Notes under the pieces: model-generated
The model's input: only the letters and a program-made list of their open reading frames with translations
What the model was told of the DNA's origin: nothing
The model's database searches: none
Assembly: GCA_044226015.1 (NCBI GenBank)
Contig: JBGAHS010000001.1
Span: forward strand, 736,001-800,000
Direction of reading: 5' to 3'
DNA length: 64,000 nucleotides
Source of the DNA: Candidatus Obscuribacteraceae bacterium
Lineage (GTDB): Bacteria; Cyanobacteriota; Vampirovibrionia; Obscuribacterales; Obscuribacteraceae
Part shown: positions 40,212 to 50,320 of the stretch, one piece after another
Layout of the letters: every line of letters starts with the position of its first letter
Numbering within the stretch: the stretch's first letter is position 1
Program-made: the position numbers and the translations under genes

Positions 40212-43200
40212 TCAATGCATGGCCATGTACATTTCAGTCTTAGTTACTTGTCGATATGGACCTTGCTTATTGTTACTCATTTGAAAAATCGAAGCGGCAT
40301 TTTTCAGGCATTTCATCATGAGTACTCTGTGGGCTGGCGCCTTTGAATTACGAAGTTGCGTAAGCCCGGACAGAGCCGACAAAATGGAAAATTCTGAGCT
40401 AAATATTGTCATTCTGTTATTGCTTTCTCGGCGAATATTGCGATGTGCAATGCAGTCGATCGCATTCACTTGAGAAAGCTCGAGTATTTGTCCAGCTGCG
40501 ACGGTAAGATGTTGGCCGATAGGGATGCAAATTTGTTGACCGCTGGCGTCGAATCTAACTTCTCCAAGATTGCGATCGTGCAAGTTGAATATCGACAATG
40601 CTCCAGAGTCTTGCAGCATTGTTAGCACTGCGGCTCCGGCTCTTATTCTTAGTTCACCAAATGCTGTGAGAACCGTCAAGTCTTTTGATGGATTGAACAA
40701 GGTCGCTCCATAATTCAGCTTAAGAAGACTTCTCTTGTTTGCTAAATCCTGCTCGGCTGCTTCATTAGCTGGGGTGATCATGTTAACTGTCAGCAATTTG
40801 CCTGGAGCCGTGAAGGTCGTGTTGCATACAATATTTCCAGCTAAGCTAGCAGCTTCAGATTTAGTTCCTGTGCTCAAAGTATAACTCTTGTTGATTGCTT
40901 CCTGGTTTGCGGTTGAAGGGGTCAAAAGTGACTGTGTCGTGTTCGTATGAGCTTCTATTGCTGAGGCTGAATCAGTAAATTCAATGTGGCTAACTTTTTC
41001 AGGCAGCATATATTCGGTACGCGTTTCAGATTTGTTTGTTACTGCTAGTGTTCTGTCATTGTTGATGAGTGCGTTTGCGCCTGGAGGATCTGCCGTGACA
41101 GTCACATTGTCACCAAATTGAATCGAGCCTGAACTTGCCGAATTGAAAATTATGTTTCGTCCCTTTGCGTTCAGCGTGATAGCTTGCACTTTTGCACCAG
41201 TAGCCAGCAATGCATTTGGATTTACTCCGCCAAAGACGACTCCTGGTGCAGTGTTGTTAACAGTAAAGTTGCCGTTGCTGCTGAGTGGGTTGCTTGGGGC
41301 TGTTGGCGGCTTGCCAATCGCGATTTTGATCACTCCATTTGTAATTGGTGATTTGAGATCAACCATGGTGTTTGTGCTTACACCATCTGCAAAAACTATT
41401 TTACCGCCCAGGTCAAGGGCGTTGATGAGTACACTTCCGCCAGTGACATTTAGATCAGCGTTTAGTGAGATTGCACCATTGCTGCCTGTTTCAAGCAAGG
41501 TGAGATTGTTAGTTCTCTTTGCTAAGTCGCCAGCTTGTCCCACGGTAATTGCTCCGTCAATGGAGAGCTGTCCAGTGTTGTTTGCTATTTTGAATGATTG
41601 TCCACTCTGCGAACCATTTACAGATAGTGCGCTGCTTCCAGAATTCAGCAGGTTGACAGAACCTTTGTCAGTCTTTGCACTTACGACATTAGCTGATATT
41701 TTGATAGCAGCTAGTTCGCTGCCGAGATTGCCAGTTTGCCCGGCTCCACCCAGATTCAAAATTGATGCTTGAAGCAAGCCGTTTCCTGAAGTACTCAGGG
41801 CACCACTACCAGAGTTGAGGGTAAGAGCTACAGTTGCTTGAAGCGGAGCCTTAACGACTATATTTCCATTGTTAGTCAAGACGAACTCAGCACTGATGCT
41901 TGTTTTGTCTGGCGATACATTAATTGTACCGGGCAGTATGTCGACGATGAAAGCACTTCCGCCATTCTGCTTGATGATCAAATTGGACGCATCTAGTAGT
42001 AGATCATTATTCGACCCTATTGCTCCAATGTCACCACTGCCGGTGCTGAGTAGTACAGTAGCCCCAATAACAGTTGCTGAACTAACACGACTGATATTTG
42101 TCGCTGAAATGTTTGTTTTTCCGCCGATTTTGCCAGTGTTAGCAGCAATTATCACGTTTCCGCTTGCTGTAATACTCACGACTGGGCTAGTGATGGCACC
42201 ATTTACCGTTATGTTGCCTGCACCACTGGTGATGTCGAATCCGTTACCAGAAAATGCGTTTGTATTTAGATTCCCAGTGCTGCCTACATTGTTGATGAAC
42301 ACGATTCCTTTAGTATCTATGGTCAAATTACTGGCATCGACCTGAATGCGTGCTTGCGCTGTACCGAAGTTTGCAGCGCTTATTAAAGCCGGGCTGACAG
42401 CGCTGGAGAGCGACACTGTTGGCGCGGTGATGGCAACACTGTTGTTGCTCTGAGTTAGAGTCGATGTTGATGAGATGTTAACGACGCTATCGGAAGAGAG
42501 CTTTCCAGCAATATTCGTGCTGCCGACATTTTGGATGCTGAGCCAGCTGTCATTGCTGGCATTGTCGGAAGAGGATGTGTTCAGTGTGAGCTTGCCCGTG
42601 TTTCTTATGTAAGCGCTGCCATTGGTGCTGACTACAGTTATTGCTTTTGCCTTAGTCAGGACGGGGCTTGCTCCGCTTCCAATGTTTCCGTTCTGGCTCA
42701 TGAGGGACAATGCAATGGTGGCAGCCAGAGTGTGCTTCGAATTTGTCGATGCAACTATGTTGCCGTTTGCCGAAATTTGAATGTTTGGGCTGCTTATACT
42801 TCCTGCAATGCTAATATCGGCGCTTGCATCGCTTGTAAGATCGAATTGAGTTCCTGCAGCGCTGTCAGAAATAGTTGCCGAGTTCTTCAAATTTAGGAAT
42901 ACAGCTGCTGCTGTTTTTGCCAAAACAGTGCCGCTGCCAATCTGTAGTCGAGATGTATTGCTACCGATATTTCCGTTCGTGCTGAGAAGGTTGATAGTCT
43001 TGCTTGCGCTTAGAGTGGCTGTTCCGCTCAGGTCAGTGATCTTGCCTGCACCAAAAGCAGTTAAAGTGATGTTGTCCGCGTTAATCGAATTGCCATTAAG
43101 GTTAATGCTGGCATTGTTGCCTTTTGTTTGCAGAAGCAGGTCCTTTACTGCTGTGATAGGCGTGGAGAGAGAAATGTCTCCTGGGTCGCTGACTGTTCCG

Positions 43201-46200
43201 GTAGTTTGCAGGCTGAAGGTTCCACCCGGCGAGCCCGAATTTAGAAGGACGATGTTGCCCGCATTGCTTATGAAAACACTGCCATTTCCCGAAGTGCTGG
43301 CAGATAGCGTCTGTGACGAGGTTGAAATTGGAATCTTGGCGCTACCGATATTTTCGTCTTCGCTAAGCAAAATTGCTGTGGAACTGAGGATTGTTCCTGT
43401 GACGCGCACGATGTCTGCAGACCCAAAACTCGTTTTGTTGCCTGTATTTGATGCTGTTAGTGAGCTGCTTCCTGTTCCGCTGGTGCCAATGTTTGCTTTG
43501 ATGGTGATGTCTCGAGGAATGTCAGGTAAGACCGTGGCATCGTTAAACGTATTGATGCTTACGTTTTGCGCTGTGATTGCACCGGCTATAATGAGCGGAC
43601 CGTTTGCATTTATGCTCACGTCTTTGACGCTCGATGCCTTGACCGTGAGTGCGTAGCCAAACAGCGTAGATACAGAATTGGCGTTTGGCGCCCATCCTAT
43701 ATATGCATCGCCGGCCGTGTTGAGAGCCAAATTTATTGCGCTGGTCTGAAGCGGCGAACTCTTTGAACCTAAATCACCCGTGCCAGTCTTCAGGGTGACG
43801 TTCAGTCCCTCGATGACTCCCGGAATTGGTCCGGGAGGGTCAATCGTAGTTATAGTTCCGGTGCCCGCTGCGTTCAGATTCACCTGTCCAGAACTGGTGC
43901 CGCCTAAGCGACTGGAAACGATGATATTCCCATCGTTTTGGGTTTGGATATCGATGACAGGTCCACTCTGGAGTAACTGTGCGACGGTAACATCTCCATC
44001 ATTCACAAGTTTGTATGTGCCAGAAAATGCGAGAGAATTGAGAACTTTCAGATTGCCCGAGTTGGTTGCAAACGCTGAAACTGGAGAAATCATTCCCAGT
44101 CCTTGTGCTGTTGTACGTATAGGTAGCGCTGCCGAACCAATGTTGCCTGTTGATGAGTTCAATGAAAGGAAGACGTCACCACCAAGAATTCTAAAAACAC
44201 CAGCGGTTTGAGAAATTGAAGCAGCTGCTATTTTTATGTTGTTTCCAGCCGAGCTGAGGCTTCCCACCTGTGCAGCCAGTACGATGTTCTTTGGAGTTTC
44301 AAGCTCTACTCGTGGGGAAATTATGCCTCCGCCTTTTGCAATCGTTATGTCGCCTGTATTGAATAACTTAAACAGGTCTCCACTTCCGGAGGCATCTACA
44401 GCCAGCGTGCCCGAATTGTTGATGTTGACCAATGCACCGTTAGTGGTGACCGACAGCTGGGATGTTGAAGTACTGACAGGGCTAGCCAGTGAACCAATGT
44501 CTCCAGAGGCAGCGTTCAGGATAATGCTTTTGCCAATTATTTTTCCGGCTGATTGGCTTATGTTGCCATTACCACTTACAGTTAACTGCACAGACGCTCC
44601 TGCTTTTCCGATGTTGGCTCCGAGGGAAATATTGGCAGTTGCTGAGCTTGTCTTTATGCTTACTTGGGGCGAACTTAGAGGACCTGTCGTAGTTATGCTG
44701 TTGAGTGAGTCAATTTCAAATTTACCAGAGGGGGCGTTTGACGTTCCGATGAAACTGTCGCTAGCAGACTTATTTGTCAGTTTGATTGCCCCAGTTCCTG
44801 AAGTCGAGGCGACCATTGTGCCACCAGAATTGACCGCATAGTTTAGTGTAATATTGCCAGCATTTGAGTTAAAGCTCACGTTGTTGCCAGTCACCGTACC
44901 GTTGTGCACCGCTCCCAGAAAACCTATGCCCGATGCGGTTCCTGTCGTGTTAAGCGTGACGTTGCCTGTCGAGCTTATGTCGTTGACAATCAATCCAAAC
45001 TCTGAGGCGACTTTCGAAGGTGTTGAGCCCGCCGTTAGCATTACATCACCAGATGCTTTTATATCGCTGAATAATGCAGTACCACCTGTTTTTGTCGTGA
45101 AGCTGCCTCCAACATCACTGTTTGCATTTATTTGGATTCCATTTTTTGAATAGGTTCCAGGAAGAAATGCGCCACTGGTGATTGCTCCATCAACGATGCT
45201 AACGCCTGTGCCAACCAGGGGTGTAGCGGCGTGCACTTCGGCGTTGCCGCTAGGCAGGCTGCCAGCTCCGTTGGCATTGATGCCACCAATTGTAATGGCA
45301 TTGGAGTTGCTTGAGCTACCGTTTGCGATAATCAATATGTTTCCGTTTTTGCCGGCAGCAGCTCCACTGGTGTCAATGCTAAGACTATTGGGCAAGTTGA
45401 TGCTGCCGGAATTGGTAGCGGAGCCCTTAAACGCGATGAGCTTAATATCTCCACCGGATGCCCCAGCAAATGTGCTCGCTGAACTCAACTGTGTCACATC
45501 CTTATTGTTAGTTACGTTGAGGTCAATCTTGCCTCCAGTTGTAGAGCCTCCGGTAATTTTAAGCGTAGTTGCTGCGTCCGCTTTGCCCGGATATGCTGAT
45601 GATGTTGCAGGGTCAATTAAAGTGAAGTTGGCTCCAGCTACAAGGGTAATCGCCCCTCCATTTGTTGTGCTCGAGCTGGTGTTGATAGTCAGGTTGTCAC
45701 CATTTGCGGTGATATCTCCTTTTGCAATAATTGCTAGCGATTCGCCTGAAAAATTGAATGGGCTTGTGAAATCTATGTTGCCGAATTGGTTGTAGAAGCT
45801 TGGGTCGCCACTTATGTTTAGCTCACCAAGATTGAGACTTGCTGTTTTCGTAGCTATATGAACTTCACCGGCATGAACGTTTACCACACCGGTTAAATCA
45901 TGTACGTTGATACCCGCGAGACCGTCTCCGGAATTAACGTTCAACGTATCGCAGAGTATATTACCGCCAGTCAATGAGAAGTCTGATTTAGCGTTGAACA
46001 AAGTATCGCGGATGTTTATCAACAAGGCTTGCAAGGTACCGTTAACATTGTTGATGGAAATGCTGCCGCTGTTCAATGATGAGATATTGATGTTACCAGT
46101 TGCTGCTGTGATTAAGTTGCTATTCGTGAGCGTATTGCTGATCACGTTCAGGTTATTACTAGCTTGCAGAACCCCAGTGTTTATAATTGAGTCCCCTGCT

Positions 46201-46841
46201 GTTAGCGTCAAATTTCCAGCACTTCGAATGACTCCCGCATTCATGATGTTATGTACGGCACTTAAATTGAGACTCAAATGCGGATTTATGATTAGTCCGT
46301 TGAGTAATGAAGCGGGCACCATTGTGGAAAGTAGGCCGCCAGTGTTGTTGAAGATATTCTGGGCAGCAACATTTGCCGTCACTGAGTGGGCATCATTTGA
46401 ATAAAAGAAAATGCGACCGGAATTGCTCAGCGTGCCACTGATATTCAAGCTGCTCTGCGCTATGTTTTGAAGTGCCGTGACGCCTCGTGGAACGACCAGT
46501 CCTTCCATGTTATTAGCAATGTTGTCAATTCGGAAGGTGCCACCGCGTGCGGTGCCGAGGGCGTTCAGCAACAAGGTCTGCGCACCGCCAGCTGACACCT
46601 GATTCAAAGCCAATTGTTCTGCGTCAGTTAGAAGGTCTCCCGGTGCTATAGCCTTTACACCAGTTCCAACTTTGATAGTGCCTGCTATTGCTGCCACATT
46701 ATCTCTAGTTCGAGATGAGAGGTCGGTAGTAGGGTCTGCCCAAGTGGGTGCAATGCTTGAGCTCAAGCAAAGTCCTAAGCCCGAAGACAGCACCCTTTCT
46801 CTGATTTTTGCTTCGCGAACTTTTTTGTTTCCAGGACGCAT
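40212..46841 (-). CDS. Giant (~2210 aa) secreted beta-helical, filamentous-hemagglutinin-like protein B
   Basis: Likely ATG at 46841 (MRPGNKK...GLCLSSSIAPTWA; ORF to 46892). Many GxIGS-x(2-4)-P-I/V-x-T repeats. Paralogue of protein A. Confidence 0.8.
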   Translation of the reverse strand: MRPGNKKVREAKIRERVLSSGLGLCLSSSIAPTWADPTTDLSSRTRDNVAAIAGTIKVGTGVKAIAPGDLLTDAEQLALNQVSAGGAQTLLLNALGTARGGTFRIDNIANNMEGLVVPRGVTALQNIAQSSLNISGTLSNSGRIFFYSNDAHSVTANVAAQNIFNNTGGLLSTMVPASLLNGLIINPHLSLNLSAVHNIMNAGVIRSAGNLTLTAGDSIINTGVLQASNNLNVISNTLTNSNLITAATGNINISSLNSGSISINNVNGTLQALLINIRDTLFNAKSDFSLTGGNILCDTLNVNSGDGLAGINVHDLTGVVNVHAGEVHIATKTASLNLGELNISGDPSFYNQFGNIDFTSPFNFSGESLAIIAKGDITANGDNLTINTSSSTTNGGAITLVAGANFTLIDPATSSAYPGKADAATTLKITGGSTTGGKIDLNVTNNKDVTQLSSASTFAGASGGDIKLIAFKGSATNSGSINLPNSLSIDTSGAAAGKNGNILIIANGSSSNSNAITIGGINANGAGSLPSGNAEVHAATPLVGTGVSIVDGAITSGAFLPGTYSKNGIQINANSDVGGSFTTKTGGTALFSDIKASGDVMLTAGSTPSKVASEFGLIVNDISSTGNVTLNTTGTASGIGFLGAVHNGTVTGNNVSFNSNAGNITLNYAVNSGGTMVASTSGTGAIKLTNKSASDSFIGTSNAPSGKFEIDSLNSITTTGPLSSPQVSIKTSSATANISLGANIGKAGASVQLTVSGNGNISQSAGKIIGKSIILNAASGDIGSLASPVSTSTSQLSVTTNGALVNINNSGTLAVDASGSGDLFKLFNTGDITIAKGGGIISPRVELETPKNIVLAAQVGSLSSAGNNIKIAAASISQTAGVFRILGGDVFLSLNSSTGNIGSAALPIRTTAQGLGMISPVSAFATNSGNLKVLNSLAFSGTYKLVNDGDVTVAQLLQSGPVIDIQTQNDGNIIVSSRLGGTSSGQVNLNAAGTGTITTIDPPGPIPGVIEGLNVTLKTGTGDLGSKSSPLQTSAINLALNTAGDAYIGWAPNANSVSTLFGYALTVKASSVKDVSINANGPLIIAGAITAQNVSINTFNDATVLPDIPRDITIKANIGTSGTGSSSLTASNTGNKTSFGSADIVRVTGTILSSTAILLSEDENIGSAKIPISTSSQTLSASTSGNGSVFISNAGNIVLLNSGSPGGTFSLQTTGTVSDPGDISLSTPITAVKDLLLQTKGNNASINLNGNSINADNITLTAFGAGKITDLSGTATLSASKTINLLSTNGNIGSNTSRLQIGSGTVLAKTAAAVFLNLKNSATISDSAAGTQFDLTSDASADISIAGSISSPNIQISANGNIVASTNSKHTLAATIALSLMSQNGNIGSGASPVLTKAKAITVVSTNGSAYIRNTGKLTLNTSSSDNASNDSWLSIQNVGSTNIAGKLSSDSVVNISSTSTLTQSNNSVAITAPTVSLSSAVSPALISAANFGTAQARIQVDASNLTIDTKGIVFINNVGSTGNLNTNAFSGNGFDITSGAGNITVNGAITSPVVSITASGNVIIAANTGKIGGKTNISATNISRVSSATVIGATVLLSTGSGDIGAIGSNNDLLLDASNLIIKQNGGSAFIVDILPGTINVSPDKTSISAEFVLTNNGNIVVKAPLQATVALTLNSGSGALSTSGNGLLQASILNLGGAGQTGNLGSELAAIKISANVVSAKTDKGSVNLLNSGSSALSVNGSQSGQSFKIANNTGQLSIDGAITVGQAGDLAKRTNNLTLLETGSNGAISLNADLNVTGGSVLINALDLGGKIVFADGVSTNTMVDLKSPITNGVIKIAIGKPPTAPSNPLSSNGNFTVNNTAPGVVFGGVNPNALLATGAKVQAITLNAKGRNIIFNSASSGSIQFGDNVTVTADPPGANALINNDRTLAVTNKSETRTEYMLPEKVSHIEFTDSASAIEAHTNTTQSLLTPSTANQEAINKSYTLSTGTKSEAASLAGNIVCNTTFTAPGKLLTVNMITPANEAAEQDLANKRSLLKLNYGATLFNPSKDLTVLTAFGELRIRAGAAVLTMLQDSGALSIFNLHDRNLGEVRFDASGQQICIPIGQHLTVAAGQILELSQVNAIDCIAHRNIRRESNNRMTIFSSEFSILSALSGLTQLRNSKAPAHRVLMMKCLKNAASIFQMSNNKQGPYRQVTKTEMYMAMH

Positions 46842-47031
46842 GATGTCACCAAAGGGGCAGGAGGATTGAGCCCTACAAAGCGTCATCCTCAATACCTACG
46901 AATTATAGTTGAGCTGTCATGAGCCCAACTGCAAAGGTGCTTATTGTTAATAAATTGCAGACTTTTCGTCTAAGGTGCCAGGCGAACTTCTGCAAAAGTA
47001 TGAATTCAGAAAGATGGGACAGGCTTCGTAA

Positions 47032-47316
47032 CTAAGCGTTTACTAGATCCTGCGTTTCATTTTGAACTACAGTTTTTGTCTCGGCGCTTACTTGTTTTAG
47101 AGGACCGCTGCGAACTCGTTCAAATTCGTTTTCGCAATTGTGGCAGCGATAGTAGGTGATGAAATTCTGTCTCTGACCTTCAGCTGCAGTGTTGACTGAC
47201 TCTAAATGCTCGAGCTTTTTCTTCTTGCAGACTGGGCATTTGCTCTTCAGCAAAATTGGAAAGAATGGTGTCAGCATAATGGCTAACAAAACGAGAATCA
47301 TGTAATTGTCTTTCAT
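47032..47316 (-). CDS. Small membrane-anchored zinc-ribbon protein
   Basis: Hydrophobic N-terminus, CPVC and CHNC; the start overlaps the upstream stop (ATGA). Confidence 0.7.
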   Translation of the reverse strand: MKDNYMILVLLAIMLTPFFPILLKSKCPVCKKKKLEHLESVNTAAEGQRQNFITYYRCHNCENEFERVRSGPLKQVSAETKTVVQNETQDLVNA

Positions 47317-49925
47317 TGTCCTTCACCTTTCGTTTTCGAGTTTCCTTCAGTGCTTTTGCTTGGTTCTGTTTTGGGTGCAGTTGCCCCCTGACTTTGTTCG
47401 GCTTTTGCCGAATCAGCCGGCGTTGTGCTGCCAGTCGCGGAGCTTGGCCCGCTAGTGCTAGAACTAGATGTTGCTGAATCTGGAGTGGTCGTTGTATTAG
47501 GCAGAGGATTCGGCATCGGCGAACTCACATCGCCAGTTCCAGTAGCCAGCGGATCTGGCATCAGTGTGCCAGGGTTAATCGATTGCGGACTCTGCTCAGC
47601 ATGATCAAGATCACTCAGAGGAAAGCTCGTTTCGATAGAAGCGTCTTCGTGCTTTGCGCGTTCCTCATATTTCTTAGCCTGGTCTTGCTTGGAAAAATGC
47701 TTGTACATTCGAGACATCATATACAGTGCTTTAGCGTTTTTCGGTGAGCGATCAAGCAGAGTCTGCAATTGGGTGCTCGCCTCTGTTTCGTCCTTATTGA
47801 GTATTGCTGCCTCTGCCATCATCAATCTGGAATCTTCGCAATCCATCGCGTCTACATACATTTTTCCGGCAAGCATAGCTTGTGGATACATGCCAACTTT
47901 GATCGCGCTTCTCACCATGTAGGGCAGGCATTCCGTCAATGAGGGGTCCATCCCCATTGCTTTGTCGAAGGTCTGTAATGCTTGCGAGTAGTTTTCTTGT
48001 TGGTATGCGGCAAGACCCACGATGTGGAATATTTTTGCGTCTCCCGCTAATTGCTCCGCGATTTTGCGAATCAATTCGTTTGCCTCGCTCTCTTTTTTAT
48101 CGACAACAAAGTACTCAAGCTTGGCCAGGCTACAGTCAGCTTGCACTGCTTTTGGAAGTTTCTGCTGCTTTGCAAACTCGATAGCGTCGTCAAATAATTT
48201 GCCTGCTTCCGCAAGTTTTCCCTGAGCCATAAGCACTTTGCCTTTTGCAAGGTTTGCTAACACATTCTTCGAGTCGAGCTTGTAAGCAAGTTCTGCCTCA
48301 GTCGCGGCAGCGGCCACGTCCTGTCTCTTTATATACTCTAAGGCAACGCTTGCATGTGCTATGGAACTCTCAGGGTTGAGGCTTATTGCAGATTGCCACA
48401 AGGTCATCGTTGATGACCACTGCCAATCGCGGTGAATGGTTAGTGCGCTGAGAGTCATTGAACCCACCAACAAAATGATTGCTGCGGCTTGTAGATTCTT
48501 TTCAGCGAATGCGCAGAGACCATAAGCTGCGAAAATCGCAACTCCGGTCAGGGGCAGATAGGCAACCCAATCTGCCACTGCATCCGGTTGTACGATGCAG
48601 AAATGTGGTAGAAAACCCGCTATGAAAAGTAGGGCGGCCAGTCCGAATATTGCCTGCCTGGTCTTGCTTGCAAGGAAGATTGCTAAGCCGATGAACAAGA
48701 GCAATGCAACGATTGCAAGCGGGTCGGAAGCTGTTTGAGCGATTGCAAATGGTGGGTCGATTGATAACCCAAGTGGAAGTACCAGGCATCTCAGATGGTA
48801 AAAGATGAGTGATTTAAACTGCGTCGCCACGTATGGAATTGTCGCTAATGTTGGAGTGAACAGGTTATTAGCTGTTGTTCGCTCAAGCCCAAGAAGGGGC
48901 AAGAAGGGCACTGCCAGTGCGCAAAATGCGGCACCTCCACTGAGGAAGGGGGCGTCCTTCATAGACTCTTGCCAATCTTTCAGTGGACCTTTGATGATCA
49001 ACAAAGTAAAGAAAGCCACCGCAGGTAATGCCATGCACTCAGGGTTGGAACCGATGGACATTGCTCCAGCCCATAGGGTTAGAACTACGAAGCAGAATTT
49101 TGCGATCGGTTGTCTTGTTAGAATTGCGACAAGAAAGAAATCTAAGCAAAGGAAGAAATTGTTCGTTCCTAAAAGCGATGACCGAGCTGAAAGATATGCT
49201 ACTGATTCGCTTGTGAGAGGGTGGCAGGCGAAAATCAGGGCACTTACTGTGGCTAGATAATGCGGTGTTATTCTGAGTCTTCCCTGATGGTGAAGGTGTC
49301 TGGCTACCGTGAGGACGAAAAGAAAGACGAACCCTGTCGTGACAGCATGCCAGAAAGCGTTGACTACGTGATACCAGGACATCTGTAGTCCGTATTCGCT
49401 GTGATCGCTGATAAACGATGACTTCAGCCAGGGCTGCGTCATGGGAGCGCCGCCTAACATGTCTGCCATTATGCGCTTTGCTGCTGCTTCAGCGAGCATC
49501 GGGTTGAGCATATACCGCAAGTTGAAGCGGTCATACAAAACCATTCCGCCGTTTATGCTGAATATGTGGTTGACCAGCCCAATGAAGACAACGGAGACCA
49601 TTGCAATGGATGAGAATTTCCAATCTGTTTTTGGACCGGCTGTGTCTCCCTTATTCCTGCGTCGGGTAGATGCGATCGTACTCCCTCTTTCGCTGTTGAC
49701 TTTCGGTGCTTGTGTCGAAATTGTGTTCTTAATTTTGTCCAGATCAAGCGGCCGCGATTTTTTTGCGCCGGACTCTTGCTGTTTTATTTTTTTTGCGGCA
49801 GGCGATTCAGTGGACTTTGGGCTGTTGTCATCTGAATCGGAATTCGGCTCGTCTTTCGACATTTCATGCTCCAAACTTGTCATGTAATTATCTACGATGC
49901 TTGAAAGCCTCTTACGAAAACCCAT
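47313..49925 (-). CDS. TMTC/DUF1736-like multi-pass membrane protein (GT-C O-mannosyltransferase-like) with TPRs
   Basis: WYHVVNAFWH, IFACHPLTSESVAYLSARS, LPLGLSIDP, AYLP and RDWQWSSTMTLW are followed by TPRs and a Ser/Thr/Pro-rich tail. Confidence 0.78.
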   Translation of the reverse strand: MGFRKRLSSIVDNYMTSLEHEMSKDEPNSDSDDNSPKSTESPAAKKIKQQESGAKKSRPLDLDKIKNTISTQAPKVNSERGSTIASTRRRNKGDTAGPKTDWKFSSIAMVSVVFIGLVNHIFSINGGMVLYDRFNLRYMLNPMLAEAAAKRIMADMLGGAPMTQPWLKSSFISDHSEYGLQMSWYHVVNAFWHAVTTGFVFLFVLTVARHLHHQGRLRITPHYLATVSALIFACHPLTSESVAYLSARSSLLGTNNFFLCLDFFLVAILTRQPIAKFCFVVLTLWAGAMSIGSNPECMALPAVAFFTLLIIKGPLKDWQESMKDAPFLSGGAAFCALAVPFLPLLGLERTTANNLFTPTLATIPYVATQFKSLIFYHLRCLVLPLGLSIDPPFAIAQTASDPLAIVALLLFIGLAIFLASKTRQAIFGLAALLFIAGFLPHFCIVQPDAVADWVAYLPLTGVAIFAAYGLCAFAEKNLQAAAIILLVGSMTLSALTIHRDWQWSSTMTLWQSAISLNPESSIAHASVALEYIKRQDVAAAATEAELAYKLDSKNVLANLAKGKVLMAQGKLAEAGKLFDDAIEFAKQQKLPKAVQADCSLAKLEYFVVDKKESEANELIRKIAEQLAGDAKIFHIVGLAAYQQENYSQALQTFDKAMGMDPSLTECLPYMVRSAIKVGMYPQAMLAGKMYVDAMDCEDSRLMMAEAAILNKDETEASTQLQTLLDRSPKNAKALYMMSRMYKHFSKQDQAKKYEERAKHEDASIETSFPLSDLDHAEQSPQSINPGTLMPDPLATGTGDVSSPMPNPLPNTTTTPDSATSSSSTSGPSSATGSTTPADSAKAEQSQGATAPKTEPSKSTEGNSKTKGEGQ

Positions 49926-50320
49926 TTAAGGGAGACTTGTCCTGTTCGGAATCGAAAAGTCTCTTGAGCCCAAAGTGCTTTTGTCACAAGCTATTCGGGA
50001 TATTGCTTCTCCCAAAGCTGTTGATGTCAAGTGGATTGTCTGTATCAAATCTTGTAGCAACGAGCCCGGCTCTTCGTGCCAAATGAATATTAATCGGAGT
50101 AAAGCAAAGAAAATTGATTGATGGCGGAACATATCATCCAAGCCCGTCGTCGACAATTTTCGTGTCGCTTATCATAGTTTGAATCTATTTGTGAGTTTGA
50201 ACGGTGCCACCATCTATGGAGCAAATCTCTTCTTGCTGATAGACCAAGATTGACGTAAACTACGGGGGAGGCTATGAGTTCATCCAGAGCTTCGCTCACC
50301 AGTAACAGGAAGGATATTGT

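Noticed and set aside
32151..46892. Many plus-strand ORFs (MLLP/LPPV-rich) and an autotransporter or CdiA call for the giant proteins
   Set aside because: The plus-strand ORFs are antisense shadows of G/N/S/T-rich codons. I saw no C-terminal beta-barrel, VENN-type motif, immunity gene or TpsB partner.
49926..50299. Two short minus-strand ORFs (76 and 69 aa)
   Set aside because: No recognisable motifs or good starts; the region is more likely the divergent promoter region.
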